NCBI GenBank assembly: GCA_029866125.1
Contig: JARWZZ010000007.1
Location: 341,519-405,518 of the forward strand
Length of the DNA stretch: 64,000 bases
Origin: Limnobacter sp.
GTDB lineage: Bacteria > Pseudomonadota > Gammaproteobacteria > Burkholderiales > Burkholderiaceae_B
Direction of reading: 5' to 3'
Shown here: in pieces, positions 46,800 through 56,882 of the stretch
Position numbering within the stretch: the first letter of the stretch is position 1
Layout: the number at the start of each line of letters is the position of its first letter
Notes under the pieces: generated by a model
Databases searched by the model: none
Seen by the model: the letters and a program-made list of their open reading frames with translations, nothing else
Told to the model about the DNA's origin: nothing
Program-made: the position numbers and the translations under genes

Positions 46800-48200
46800 A
46801 TGAGTGTTCTGATTGTACTGATCTCGCTGGCGTTCCTGATGCTGGTGGCTTATCGCGGCTTCAGCGTGATTCTTTTTGCTCCGATTGCTGCCATGGGTGC
46901 GGTGTTGTTTACTGATCCCAGCCTGGTCATGCCCATGTTCACAGGCTTGTTTATGGACAAGCTGGCGCACTTTGCCAAGTTGTATTTCCCCGTTTTTCTT
47001 CTGGGTGCCATACTCGGAAAAGTCATCGAGCTGTCTGGCTTTGCCAAGTCAATCATTGCCGCTGTGGGTAAGTTTTGCGGCCCCAACAATGCGGTGATAG
47101 CAATTGCCCTTGTGTGCGGTTTGCTGACCTACGGCGGGGTGTCTATTTTTGTAGTTGTTTTTGCAGCCTACCCCTTTGCCGCCGAAATGTTCAAGGCTGG
47201 AAATATTCCAAAGCGCTATATACCTGCAACCCTGGTGGCGGGTGGTGCCACTTTCACCATGGATGCATTGCCAGGTTCACCTCAAATCCAGAACATCATT
47301 CCCACCACATTTTTCAATACTGACACCTGGGCCGCCCCTTGGTTGGGTCTGATTGGTGGCATTTTTGTCTGTGTTGTTTCACTGGGCTATCTGATTTGGC
47401 TAACCCGCCGTGCACAGCGCAAGGGTGATGGTTATGGTCAAAATCTTGTGAATGAACCTGAGCCGTTTACCCTTGAAAAACTACCTCATCCTTTGCTGGC
47501 TTTGTTGCCATTGCTTACGGTTGCGGTGATGAACAAGTTATTTGGCTCCAGCATTATTCCCGCTTTTTATGGGAAGACTGTGGAATTCGTTCCGGCAGTT
47601 ATTGGATCTGCGCCACCGGTTGTACAGGAAGTCCAAAAAGTCATCGCCTTGTGGTCTGTAGAACTGGCTTTGTTGTGTGGCATTGCCGTGTGTTTGTTGA
47701 CTGCTTGGAAAAGTGTAGCGCAGAGGTTTTCGGATGGATCCAAAGCGGCCATCAACGGGGCCATGCTGGCCACTATGAACACAGCGACTGAATATGGTTA
47801 TGGTGCAGTGATCGCCGCATTGCCAGGGTTTTTGATCGTGGCTGAAGCTCTGAAGGCAGTGCCAAATCCTTTGATCAATGAGGCCATTACCGTTACTACA
47901 CTGGCTGGTATTACCGGTTCTGCGTCTGGTGGGTTGAGTATAGCTCTGGCTGCGATGTCTGAGACCTTCATGGCCAGTGCCACCGCAGCGGGAATACCGT
48001 TTGAGGTGTTGCACCGCGTGGCTTCTATGGCTTCCGGTGGCATGGATTCTTTACCTCACAATGGAGCAGTCATCACCCTTTTAGCGGTGTGCGGCTGCAC
48101 TCATCGGGATGCCTATCCCGCTATCTTCGGAATCACGTTGATCAAAACATTCGCAGTTTTTTTCGTGATCGCTGTCTATTATTTGACTGGCATTGTCTAG
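46800..48200 (+). CDS. GntP-family permease (3-hydroxybutyrate/short acid permease-like)
   Basis: LTYGGVS.FVV.FA.YP, LPGSPQIQNIIP, GSASGG, DSLPHNGAVITLL. Confidence 0.88.
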   Translation: MSVLIVLISLAFLMLVAYRGFSVILFAPIAAMGAVLFTDPSLVMPMFTGLFMDKLAHFAKLYFPVFLLGAILGKVIELSGFAKSIIAAVGKFCGPNNAVIAIALVCGLLTYGGVSIFVVVFAAYPFAAEMFKAGNIPKRYIPATLVAGGATFTMDALPGSPQIQNIIPTTFFNTDTWAAPWLGLIGGIFVCVVSLGYLIWLTRRAQRKGDGYGQNLVNEPEPFTLEKLPHPLLALLPLLTVAVMNKLFGSSIIPAFYGKTVEFVPAVIGSAPPVVQEVQKVIALWSVELALLCGIAVCLLTAWKSVAQRFSDGSKAAINGAMLATMNTATEYGYGAVIAALPGFLIVAEALKAVPNPLINEAITVTTLAGITGSASGGLSIALAAMSETFMASATAAGIPFEVLHRVASMASGGMDSLPHNGAVITLLAVCGCTHRDAYPAIFGITLIKTFAVFFVIAVYYLTGIV

Positions 48201-48230
48201 TCCTCAAATCTAAAAAAACAGGAAATAACA

Positions 48231-48961
48231 ATGAGCAGGGAAGTTGTGATTGTAAGTGCCGTTCGCACGGCAATTGGTACATTTGGCGGAAGCCTCAAAG
48301 ACACTCCACCGACTGAGCTGGCCTCACTGATGGTGAAGACTGCATTGAGTCGAGCCGGTGTAGATGGTCAAGAAGTAGGGCAGGTTGTGTTTGGACATAT
48401 TCTCAACACCGAGCCCAAGGACATGTATTTGTCCCGTGTTGCTGCGGTCAACGGCGGCTGCCCAGTAATCACCCCGGCATTCAATGTGAACCGCTTGTGC
48501 GGTTCAGGTTTGCAGGCTGTGATTTCTGCCAGTCAAAGCATTTTGCTGGGTGATACCGATGTGGCCATTGGCGGTGGCGCAGAATCCATGAGTCGTGGGC
48601 CTTATGTGAGCACCACCTCACGTTGGGGTTCTCGTCTGGGAGATGTCAATCTGATAGACATGGTGCAGTCATCCTTGCATGACCCTTTTTACAATACTCA
48701 CATGTGCGTAACTGCTGAGAATATTGCTGCGGACTGAGGTATCACGCGTGAAGATCAAGACCGTGTTTCTCAAAGACAATGGCACTGTAACCGCGGGAAA
48801 TGCCTCGGGAATCTCACTGGGGCATCCAAGTGGGGGCGACCGGTGCCATCATCACAGTCAAAGCCGTGCACGAGTTGTAACGCACGCAAGGCCGCTATGC
48901 ATTCGTGACCATGTGTATTGGTGGCGGGCAAGGTATTGCCGCTATTTTGGAGCGTTGCTAG
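48231..48961 (+). pseudogene. bktB: Beta-ketothiolase BktB pseudogene: two internal deletions, two nonsense codons and a frameshift
   Basis: Intact 5' part to NRLCGSG..AENIAAD, then TGA (48735-37), GITREDQD joined to VFLKDNGTVTAGNASG, joined to ISLGHP, +1 shift, TAA (48878-80), then MCIGGGQGIAA. Confidence 0.92.
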
Positions 48962-49014
48962 AAAAGAATGTGACGGTGGGCGTATCTATGCGATGGCATA
49001 GATACGCATAATCA

Positions 49015-50502
49015 TTAATCCGGCCAGGCACCATTGGTCAATTTCACAGCATGGAAACCGTTGTAGATATCGGTGTACCAAACCTCTTTTCGCTCAGGTG
49101 CAAAAGTAGGACTAGACATTGCAAAATTGATGGCCTGTGATGGCACAGGCAAGGGGCGTGGTAAAACTGGAGCGTTGAAATAAGCCACCTCCACAGGATG
49201 AAAAATATCCCGAATATCAAAAATTCTCAAGCCTGAAGAAATCATGCTGCAAGCCACAATCGTCGGATTGACGCGTGTGGGAATATTGCAATAGTGCCCC
49301 GCATAACCACCTACCAAACCTGTCCCTGTACCATTGCTGTTTGCAGGGTCGTTGGCAATGGCAGCGCGGCTTTGCGGGCGGTGTACATCAAGCCTGATTT
49401 CTGAAACCACTTTGGGTCGTTTCTCATCCGAGATGTCAATAATTCTGGACGCACCGACTACAATTCCATTGCCCGCGGGGGTGGTGCCGGCCTCATCAGC
49501 TGCAAACTCATCCGCTTCCAGCAAATAAGGTTTACCGTCTTTTGTAAATGGCAGCGCAATTTGTGGAATGGTTGCTGTGGGCCAAGCCAGCGTGGCAATT
49601 TCTTTCACTTTAGGATTGGGCTTTCGCGCTTGAATTTCTGAGGTGTCCAAAATACGCAAATACACAGGTTTGTCATTGGTTGCCATGTACACGCGATTGC
49701 CATCATCGCTGACGGTGATGCCATGTGCGCGATACACACCTGTCCAGAGCGTCTTGGTCAGTTTTGGATTAGACAAATCAACCGCTGCCAGAGTACGTGC
49801 CATTGAGGAGGCGGAATAGAAGGTTTTTCCATCGGGTGAAATGCCACTTTCATGGCCCAGAATGCCGGTTGGAAGCGACGACAAAAGCACCGGAAAACGG
49901 CAATCTTCTTTGAGGTCATACACATCTACAAATCCGGGAGCAGTCACAGGGGTTCCCATTACCGCAGCCAGAATACCGGCTGACTCACTCACCACCAGTG
50001 ACTCATGGGCAGACATCATGGCTGGTGTGCGAAGGGAAGTTGTTTTCTTGGGGCGAGTGGGGTCTGTCATGTCCAAAACCACAACACCCACGTCTCCATC
50101 CAAGGCATCGGTTGGAAACACCAAGGTGGAATCGTAGTAAGCGCATTCGTGACCTTTGTTGTCCTTGTACCGCACTACCTTGTAGCCGCCTACTGTACCA
50201 AAAGGGCTTTGCTCAACATAGGAGCCCACTACCTCTGTGTTGCAGCTGAACCCCGCTGCCGCTTTGCCCGAGTCGTAGTCTTCTTTTGATACACGCCCCT
50301 GCATACCCGACTCCGGCTTTGAGCCGGGACCGCACTGTGCCTGCGGCGTGGCGGGGATTTTACTTGCTTCCGCTGCCGCAGTTTGAGTGGGTGCCACTGT
50401 GCTGGTGATGCCGTTGTTGGTCGAACCGCCGCCACATGCCGAAAGCGTTGCCAAGCAGACCATCGCTGCTTGAGCCAATTTTGTATTTGATGCTTGAGTC
50501 AT
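49015..50502 (-). CDS. LVIVD-like beta-propeller lipoprotein, paralogue 1
   Basis: Lipobox LSAC; repeated D(L/I)S(N/D)P..P blades; ATG at 50502 after GGAGA. Confidence 0.8.
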   Translation of the reverse strand: MTQASNTKLAQAAMVCLATLSACGGGSTNNGITSTVAPTQTAAAEASKIPATPQAQCGPGSKPESGMQGRVSKEDYDSGKAAAGFSCNTEVVGSYVEQSPFGTVGGYKVVRYKDNKGHECAYYDSTLVFPTDALDGDVGVVVLDMTDPTRPKKTTSLRTPAMMSAHESLVVSESAGILAAVMGTPVTAPGFVDVYDLKEDCRFPVLLSSLPTGILGHESGISPDGKTFYSASSMARTLAAVDLSNPKLTKTLWTGVYRAHGITVSDDGNRVYMATNDKPVYLRILDTSEIQARKPNPKVKEIATLAWPTATIPQIALPFTKDGKPYLLEADEFAADEAGTTPAGNGIVVGASRIIDISDEKRPKVVSEIRLDVHRPQSRAAIANDPANSNGTGTGLVGGYAGHYCNIPTRVNPTIVACSMISSGLRIFDIRDIFHPVEVAYFNAPVLPRPLPVPSQAINFAMSSPTFAPERKEVWYTDIYNGFHAVKLTNGAWPD

Positions 50503-50780
50503 GTGACTCGTCTCCAATTCACTGTTGTCTGTGTTGTTTGCTTTTTTATCTATACTCCGGAAGCCCGGGTTTTAGATCTCAATTGTGGAGTCAGAATTTT
50601 CCTCTTTGGTTTTCCGGACCTTCCCATAGTGTTGGCCTTGGATTGCTCAGCTAACAGTCGGATGATTCCATTGGATCTGTCAGAAAAATCTGAATTCGCG
50701 CTGTGTTTAAATTTATGCAGACAAAGCAGGACGGTTGGTAATAGTGTGCCAAGTATCAATCCAACGCATGACCGGAGACT

Positions 50781-52259
50781 GTGGTGAATTTCCCTTTCAA
50801 TCAACGAGACAGCCTAAAAGCGGGCTTAGCCATTCCATTGAGTATTGCGCTGCTCACTATGTTGGTAGCTTGCCAATCCGATTCGCCTACCCCCTCAAGT
50901 GGCATTACCTCTGCTCCCCAAGGCAGCGGCACTCCAGTGGGAGCCAATCAAGCGTCGCCTGCGGTGTGTGGCGCAGGGTCCAAACCCGAGACTGGTTTGC
51001 AGGGGCAAGTACCCTTGGTTGATCGGGAAAGTGGTCGAAGTGAGCAGGGCTATTCTTGCAACATGGAACTGGTGGGCCAATATCAAGGTGAGGGAGCGAC
51101 CTGGGTCAACCCCTCGTATTCGCATTGTGCGTACATGGGCACTACTTTCACAGGCATCTTGCAGAAAAAATCCCAAGGCGTACAGGTAGTCGATGTCAGT
51201 AATCCGGCCAAGCCTGTGTTGTCCACCAACCTAACAAGCCCCGCATTCATGCAAAGCCCTTGGGAATCCATGAAGGTCAATGAACAGCGTGGGCTGCTTG
51301 CAGGTGTAGCGGTGGGGCCAGTGGTAAGTGCTGGATTTTTTGATGTGTATGACATCAGCAAGGATTGCGCCAAACCTGTTTTGCTCAATTCTTTCGCTGG
51401 AAATTTCACCTTGCCTGCAAACGTGATTGGACACGAAGGGGCGTGGTCCCCCGATGGCAACACTTACTGGTCTACGGGTTTGAACCCAGGCTCTGTCACT
51501 GCAATTGATGTGAAAGACCCGAAGAATCCGAGGGTCATTTATTTCGGCATACTCAGCTTTGACAACCACGGATTTGAGTTGAGTGAAGATGGCAATCGCA
51601 TGTACCTCACCACCAAGGTGCCTAGTGGCATCATAGTTTTGGACACGTCTGCTGTTCAGGCGCGCAAACCACTTCCAGTGATTACCCCGATTGGCAGCGT
51701 GACATGGAAAGACGGTGGAACAACTCAACATTCCATCCCAGTGACCTACAGCGGCAAACCGTATCTATTGGCTGTGGATGAGGGCGGGGCAGGTGCGGCG
51801 CGCTTTATTGACATTTCAGACGAGAGAAAACCCAAGGAAGTGTCCAAACTTAAGCTGGCTATACACGCGCCTGAAAATGCGGATATTCGGGCAGCTGACA
51901 CCGCCAACAATGGCACCTTCGGGTATGAAGGGCACTATTGTCAGTTCGATAAGAAGATTGATCCCACTGCTGTGGCCTGCGGCTACATTCAGTCTGGCGT
52001 GCGGGTGTTTGATGTTAGAAACCCTTTGCAACCCAAAGAAATTGCGTATTTCAACCCCCCGGCACAAACCACCAAAAAAGCTCAACTAAAAGGGTCTGAA
52101 CATGCAACCAGTGTGATTGGCGCCACGGCGGATTTGTCCACCGACTGGTGTACTTCACCACCGCGTTTTGTGGCGCCCGACCAATTGTGGGTGACCTGTC
52201 AAGACAACGGCTTTATGGTGCTGAGGTTCACCAATGGAGCTTATCCGCTAGTCAGATGA
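50781..52259 (+). CDS. LVIVD-like beta-propeller lipoprotein, paralogue 2
   Basis: Lipobox LVAC; VVDVSNPAKP, RFIDISDERKP, RVFDVRNP. Confidence 0.82.
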   Translation: MVNFPFNQRDSLKAGLAIPLSIALLTMLVACQSDSPTPSSGITSAPQGSGTPVGANQASPAVCGAGSKPETGLQGQVPLVDRESGRSEQGYSCNMELVGQYQGEGATWVNPSYSHCAYMGTTFTGILQKKSQGVQVVDVSNPAKPVLSTNLTSPAFMQSPWESMKVNEQRGLLAGVAVGPVVSAGFFDVYDISKDCAKPVLLNSFAGNFTLPANVIGHEGAWSPDGNTYWSTGLNPGSVTAIDVKDPKNPRVIYFGILSFDNHGFELSEDGNRMYLTTKVPSGIIVLDTSAVQARKPLPVITPIGSVTWKDGGTTQHSIPVTYSGKPYLLAVDEGGAGAARFIDISDERKPKEVSKLKLAIHAPENADIRAADTANNGTFGYEGHYCQFDKKIDPTAVACGYIQSGVRVFDVRNPLQPKEIAYFNPPAQTTKKAQLKGSEHATSVIGATADLSTDWCTSPPRFVAPDQLWVTCQDNGFMVLRFTNGAYPLVR

Positions 52260-52378
52260 CGAAAACACAAGCAGAACATTCCGAGGAAGAATTAGGATCT
52301 TTCTGACTGACCTGCGAGGAACACCTTTTTTATACTCAAAAACACATTGAGTGTTTGAGTTGAATAAGGTCCCTCTCC

Positions 52379-54661
52379 GTGAAAAACAAAGTCATCGCCT
52401 TTCTTGAAATCACATTAACCAAGCATTCTCTGATTTTGGGATGCCTGAGTTTAAGCGGCTTGATGCTGACCGCATGCAATCAATCGGACGATACTTCGGC
52501 CACCCGCATCAATTCCTTTCAAGCCAACTCCTTGTTTCAAAGCGAGGAGGGCTACCGTCCAGGACCAGAAATTTTGTATGCGGAGCCTGCCAAAGCGCCT
52601 CAATTGGAGAATGTGCTTCCATGGAGTGCTTCACCCATTCTGGTTTCTGGTTCATCGGCCTACCGCAATGGCGAGTTTTTGTATCAGGATTTTTTATACG
52701 ATGACCACGGTGCGGCTGGCATCATCGATCCCATCGATAACCCCTTTTTTATGGAGTTCTCGTTTACACCTGCATCGGGCACGATGACCTACCCCAAGGC
52801 ACCAGAGTATGCCAACAACGCGGCTGACTTGGTCGAATTTCGGGTCAAACCGCTGGACGGAGAAACCGCATTCCGATTGACTTTGAACACACTGATCGAT
52901 GCCAGTCGAAGTGCATTCACTATTGCAATCGGGGATTCAGATTCTCCCCGTGTTTGGCCGCACGGTGCAGGGGTTAAGTCACCTGCAGCCATGTTCCTCA
53001 CAGTTCATGGTGATGTTGCAACCCTAATTGATGCAAGCAACGGTAAGGAAATTTTACCTGCCCCTGCTGTTAAAGTGGACTTGCAAAGGCGTCAAATCGA
53101 TGTGCGGGTGCTTCACTCCGCTTGGAATCCAGGTCGAAATACTGTCAGAATGAGCAGTGGCGTGGGTGTGTGGGATGTAGCATCAGGCTCATACCTTAAG
53201 CCTAGGCTTTCTGCTTCTGAAACAGCACCTGGCGGTATGGCGCCTGGCGGCGCTTCGCTGTTCAATATGGCATTTCGCTTCAATGAGCCCCTTCCTGATT
53301 TCAAGACTTATGGGCTTGGTCTTGCCTATGTAGATTCATTGGCCATTTTTCAAGCAACACCCAAAATGTTCTGGCGTGAGTATGCGCAGTCTCAGGCTCT
53401 GCGTGATGGGGATGTCACTCCGTTTTTTGCGCAAGTGGATTTTGCCAAACTGTCCAGCAAAACGGACGATGATTCAGGTGTTCCCAAGACCGGAAAACTG
53501 AATCGGATCTTCGCCAGTCAGTTTGCATTTGCGCAAGGTGTGGATTTCACAAAAATGTGCGATAGACTTGTTGATGGCGGCACATGTGAAGGCTCCTTCC
53601 GCGGCCAGTTACAGCCTTACTCCATTTACATTCCAGACCGCGCGCAACCTGCTGATGGTTGGGGCATGACCCTCTTGCTGCACGCTTTGGGCACCAATTA
53701 CAACTTATTTACCAACAGCAAATACCAGTCCAGTCTGGGCGAAAGAGGCAAGGGTTCATTGGTCGTCTCTCCGTTGTCCAGAGGGCATGACGGTGACTAC
53801 ACTGACATCGCAGAGGCAGACGTGTTTGAAGTCTGGGCTGACGTGGCCCGTCACTACCCTTTGGATAAGACATGGAGTACGGTCACCGGATTCTCAATGG
53901 GTGGAGGAGGCACATTCTCCATGCTTGCCCGCTGGCCCGACCTTTTTGCAGCAGGGGCAGGTGTAGCTGCCTTGCCCGAGGGCGATCGAATCAAGTCAAT
54001 GCGTAATACACCCGTGATGACTTGGATCGGTTTGCTGGATGAAGGGTCAACACCAGATCGACAAACGACTTCCAGCAGTAAACTCCAAAAAGAGGGTTTG
54101 CGATTTGTATTCGATCAGTTTCCAGCAGCAGACCATTTGACGCTTGCAACGAATGACGAATACAGTCCGCTTGTTGAATTTCTCGAAACGCCCAGATTGA
54201 ATCCAGACCCCTCTCATGTGACTTTTGTCGTGCAAACCAAGCGTGACTCTGCTCGCGCAAAAACAGTGGCAGACCATGCGTACTGGTTGTCTGGCTTGAA
54301 GTTGCGAAACACGGAGTCGCCTGATGGATCCGTTGTGGGCCCAAGCGGTCAGATTGATGCGTATTCACAGGCTTTTGGTCTTGGCCCAGCCATGGCAAAA
54401 GGGGCGGTCACTTCAATGGGCGTATTGCAGGGCGGAGCACATGGCCCTACGCCGTACATCAGGTCCAGTCAGGAGCTAGACCCACCTGCAAAAACTCAAG
54501 CCATGGACACACTGGTTTTGACTGCCAAAAACATTGCCAGTATGACCGTGGACGTGCGCCGTGCGCGGCTTAGCTGTAACCCCATTATTAAAGCAACAAG
54601 CGATGGGCCTTTGAGCATACTTCTGAAAGGCTGTGACCGAGTTGTTCAAGTGGATTCATGA
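52379..54661 (+). CDS. Large lipoprotein: glucodextranase/DOMON-like N-terminal part + alpha/beta hydrolase
   Basis: Lipobox LTAC; YQDFLYDDHGA; TGFSMGG nucleophile elbow; DHL candidate catalytic His. Confidence 0.75.
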   Translation: MKNKVIAFLEITLTKHSLILGCLSLSGLMLTACNQSDDTSATRINSFQANSLFQSEEGYRPGPEILYAEPAKAPQLENVLPWSASPILVSGSSAYRNGEFLYQDFLYDDHGAAGIIDPIDNPFFMEFSFTPASGTMTYPKAPEYANNAADLVEFRVKPLDGETAFRLTLNTLIDASRSAFTIAIGDSDSPRVWPHGAGVKSPAAMFLTVHGDVATLIDASNGKEILPAPAVKVDLQRRQIDVRVLHSAWNPGRNTVRMSSGVGVWDVASGSYLKPRLSASETAPGGMAPGGASLFNMAFRFNEPLPDFKTYGLGLAYVDSLAIFQATPKMFWREYAQSQALRDGDVTPFFAQVDFAKLSSKTDDDSGVPKTGKLNRIFASQFAFAQGVDFTKMCDRLVDGGTCEGSFRGQLQPYSIYIPDRAQPADGWGMTLLLHALGTNYNLFTNSKYQSSLGERGKGSLVVSPLSRGHDGDYTDIAEADVFEVWADVARHYPLDKTWSTVTGFSMGGGGTFSMLARWPDLFAAGAGVAALPEGDRIKSMRNTPVMTWIGLLDEGSTPDRQTTSSSKLQKEGLRFVFDQFPAADHLTLATNDEYSPLVEFLETPRLNPDPSHVTFVVQTKRDSARAKTVADHAYWLSGLKLRNTESPDGSVVGPSGQIDAYSQAFGLGPAMAKGAVTSMGVLQGGAHGPTPYIRSSQELDPPAKTQAMDTLVLTAKNIASMTVDVRRARLSCNPIIKATSDGPLSILLKGCDRVVQVDS

Positions 54662-55998
54662 GTACGGCTGGCTTTTATACTCAATCCAATGGTGACCTGA
54701 TCACCCTCGCAACTGGCGCGAACCTCACCACCATGAAGCCTGGAAATGGCAGCCACAATAGCCAATCCCAATCCATGGTTGGCATGGCTTTCTGTGCGTG
54801 ATTTTTCCACACGGTAAAAGGGTTCGAACAGTCGGTGAATTGCATCGTGTGGAATGGGTTTACCCGTGTTGCGAACCTCAATCCAAACCAAGTCACTTTC
54901 ATGTTCCTGCTGAATTGAAATGTTCACAGTGCTTCCTGCATTGGCGTACCGAATCGCATTGGATAGCAGGTTGGACACTGCGCGCTTCAATAGCTCGGAG
55001 TCGCATTCTGCCGACGCATCACCCGTCAGCTTGGCATCCAATTGTGCATCTTCCAGACTGTAAGCAAAGTACTCCAACACCCCTTCAAGCGGAGCCCGAA
55101 CCGAGGGTAGGGTGGTGAAGTTTCCACGTTGGCCTTGGGTGGTATGCGCCAAAAAAAGCATGCTTTGGATAATACGGTTCATGCGCTGCAATTCTTCAAG
55201 ATTGGAGTGAATCGAGTCTCTCCAATGCGCGGAATCTACGTCTTTTTCTTTCAGTAAAAGTTCATGGCTAATCGTCAAGCTGGACAAAGGGGTGTTCAGC
55301 TCATGGGCCACATTGTTGTTGAATGAAAGCAGCTGTTGGTTGTACTGGGTAACCTTGCCCATCAGCATATTGAATTGCTCGATCACTGGCAGCAACTCAT
55401 CGGGCTCCTTGCTGGAGTCAATTGAAATCATGCTTTTTTCATTCGATTGCGCAGGGTTAAACTCGGCAATGCGACGACCAAACTCCCTGAGGGGCTTAAG
55501 TTGGAGTTTGGCCAGTATGGCGCTAATCACCACCACAATACCTGCCCACACAATGGACGCAATCACAAACAAGCCACCAATGAAGGTCAGGAAGTTTCGG
55601 TCTTCTGTGATGTTCATGGCCAATTCAAGGTCTGCCATGGGCATTTCGCCACCCAAACCCGCCAGCGAAATCATGTAGGTTTCCTTGTACTTGGCATCGG
55701 CCCAAAGCACTGGCGGGCCGTACATAATTTGCCCATCTGCACCAATCACTTTGGCTTGCACATTGCCAATGCTGAGTAAAACCTCATCCAATCGTTGCCA
55801 CATTTCAGCAGCGTTGGCCATGCTGTTTTTGATAAGCACTTGTTCCGCCGCCAGCGTGGCTTGTTCAATCGCGTCGTGATGTCGCATTTGCTGCCACATC
55901 CAAATACTTTGGTAGGCAAATGCTGCAATCACGACTACGCCCACCATGCTAAGCAAGGAAATTTGCAATGATGCTCGACGCGCCATGGAAAATTTCAT
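54646..55998 (-). CDS. Heavy-metal-type sensor kinase (CusS/IrlS-like)
   Basis: Two TMs; VAHELNTPL, NLLSNAIRY, FEPFYR, GLGLAIV. Confidence 0.88.
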   Translation of the reverse strand: MKFSMARRASLQISLLSMVGVVVIAAFAYQSIWMWQQMRHHDAIEQATLAAEQVLIKNSMANAAEMWQRLDEVLLSIGNVQAKVIGADGQIMYGPPVLWADAKYKETYMISLAGLGGEMPMADLELAMNITEDRNFLTFIGGLFVIASIVWAGIVVVISAILAKLQLKPLREFGRRIAEFNPAQSNEKSMISIDSSKEPDELLPVIEQFNMLMGKVTQYNQQLLSFNNNVAHELNTPLSSLTISHELLLKEKDVDSAHWRDSIHSNLEELQRMNRIIQSMLFLAHTTQGQRGNFTTLPSVRAPLEGVLEYFAYSLEDAQLDAKLTGDASAECDSELLKRAVSNLLSNAIRYANAGSTVNISIQQEHESDLVWIEVRNTGKPIPHDAIHRLFEPFYRVEKSRTESHANHGLGLAIVAAISRLHGGEVRASCEGDQVTIGLSIKASRTHEST

Positions 55999-56723
55999 GA
56001 TTCATTTCCATCCTGTGGTGGTTCTGGCCGCAATTCCAGCACATAGCCCATGCCCCTTACGGTGTGCAAAAGTGGGGTGTTGAAAGGGTCGTCCATCTTG
56101 CCCCGCAATCGGCGAATGGCCACATCCACCACATTGGTTTCGCTGTCAAAATGCATGTCCCACACCAACTCTGCCAACTCGGTGCGGCTGAGTACTTCGC
56201 CTTTTCTACGCAGTAATAACCACAGCAATGTGAATTCTTTGGCGGTTAAACGTAGGTCTTGTCCGGCACGGCGGGCTTGACGTTTAAGTGCGTCCAGTTC
56301 CAAATCTGCAAGCGATAAACTGGTTGCCGCCGCTTGGGGGTTTCCGTTGTTACCAACGCCAATGGTTCTGCGCATCAGCGCATGTACGCGTGCAACCAAT
56401 TCAGAAAATGCAAAAGGTTTGGTCAGGTAATCGTCCGCCCCGGCTTGTAGCCCCTTCACACGGTCTTCCACCATGGATCGCGCTGTCAGCATCAGCACTG
56501 CGGTTGATTTTTTATTGCTCTGACGCAAGGCCTGCAAAACTCCAAGGCCATCAAGGTCGGGAAGCATGCCGTCCAGAATGATGAGGTCATATTGACCTTC
56601 CGTGGCCAAGTGCAAGCCGTCAATGCCTGAGTGGGCAATGTCCACAACAAAGCCTTCTGCCACCAATCCCTTCTTCAGGTATTGGGTGAGTTTGATTTCG
56701 TCTTCAATAAGTAGGAGTTTCAT
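55995..56723 (-). CDS. Heavy-metal-type OmpR response regulator (CusR/IrlR-like)
   Basis: MKLLLIEDE start at 56723; GADDYLTKPFAFSEL, FDSETNVVDVAIRRLR.K.DDPF..LLHTVRGMGY. Confidence 0.92.
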   Translation of the reverse strand: MKLLLIEDEIKLTQYLKKGLVAEGFVVDIAHSGIDGLHLATEGQYDLIILDGMLPDLDGLGVLQALRQSNKKSTAVLMLTARSMVEDRVKGLQAGADDYLTKPFAFSELVARVHALMRRTIGVGNNGNPQAAATSLSLADLELDALKRQARRAGQDLRLTAKEFTLLWLLLRRKGEVLSRTELAELVWDMHFDSETNVVDVAIRRLRGKMDDPFNTPLLHTVRGMGYVLELRPEPPQDGNES

Positions 56724-56757
56724 GAAAGCAGTATATGCAAACCAGCTGGAATGTTCG

Positions 56758-56773
56758 ATTACAAATTTGTAAT
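56758..56773. promoter_or_regulatory. Perfect palindrome ATTACA-AATT-TGTAAT, CusR/CopR-box-like
   Basis: Lies between the divergent regulator and a small secreted gene; fits the cop-box pattern T(G/T)ACA-N4-TGTAAT. Confidence 0.7.
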
Positions 56774-56882
56774 GTTGCAGTGGGGGTTTGGTCATGAGGG
56801 GCTGGTTAAGCTGGGAACCATGTCGAAGCAAGTCGCCCAGACAACACTGAAAACCGAAACTTAAATCCTTAGGAGAATTACC

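Noticed and set aside
50550-50804. 84-aa minus-strand ORF between the divergent propeller genes
   Set aside because: It overlaps the start and promoter region of paralogue 2 and has no recognisable domain; probably spurious.
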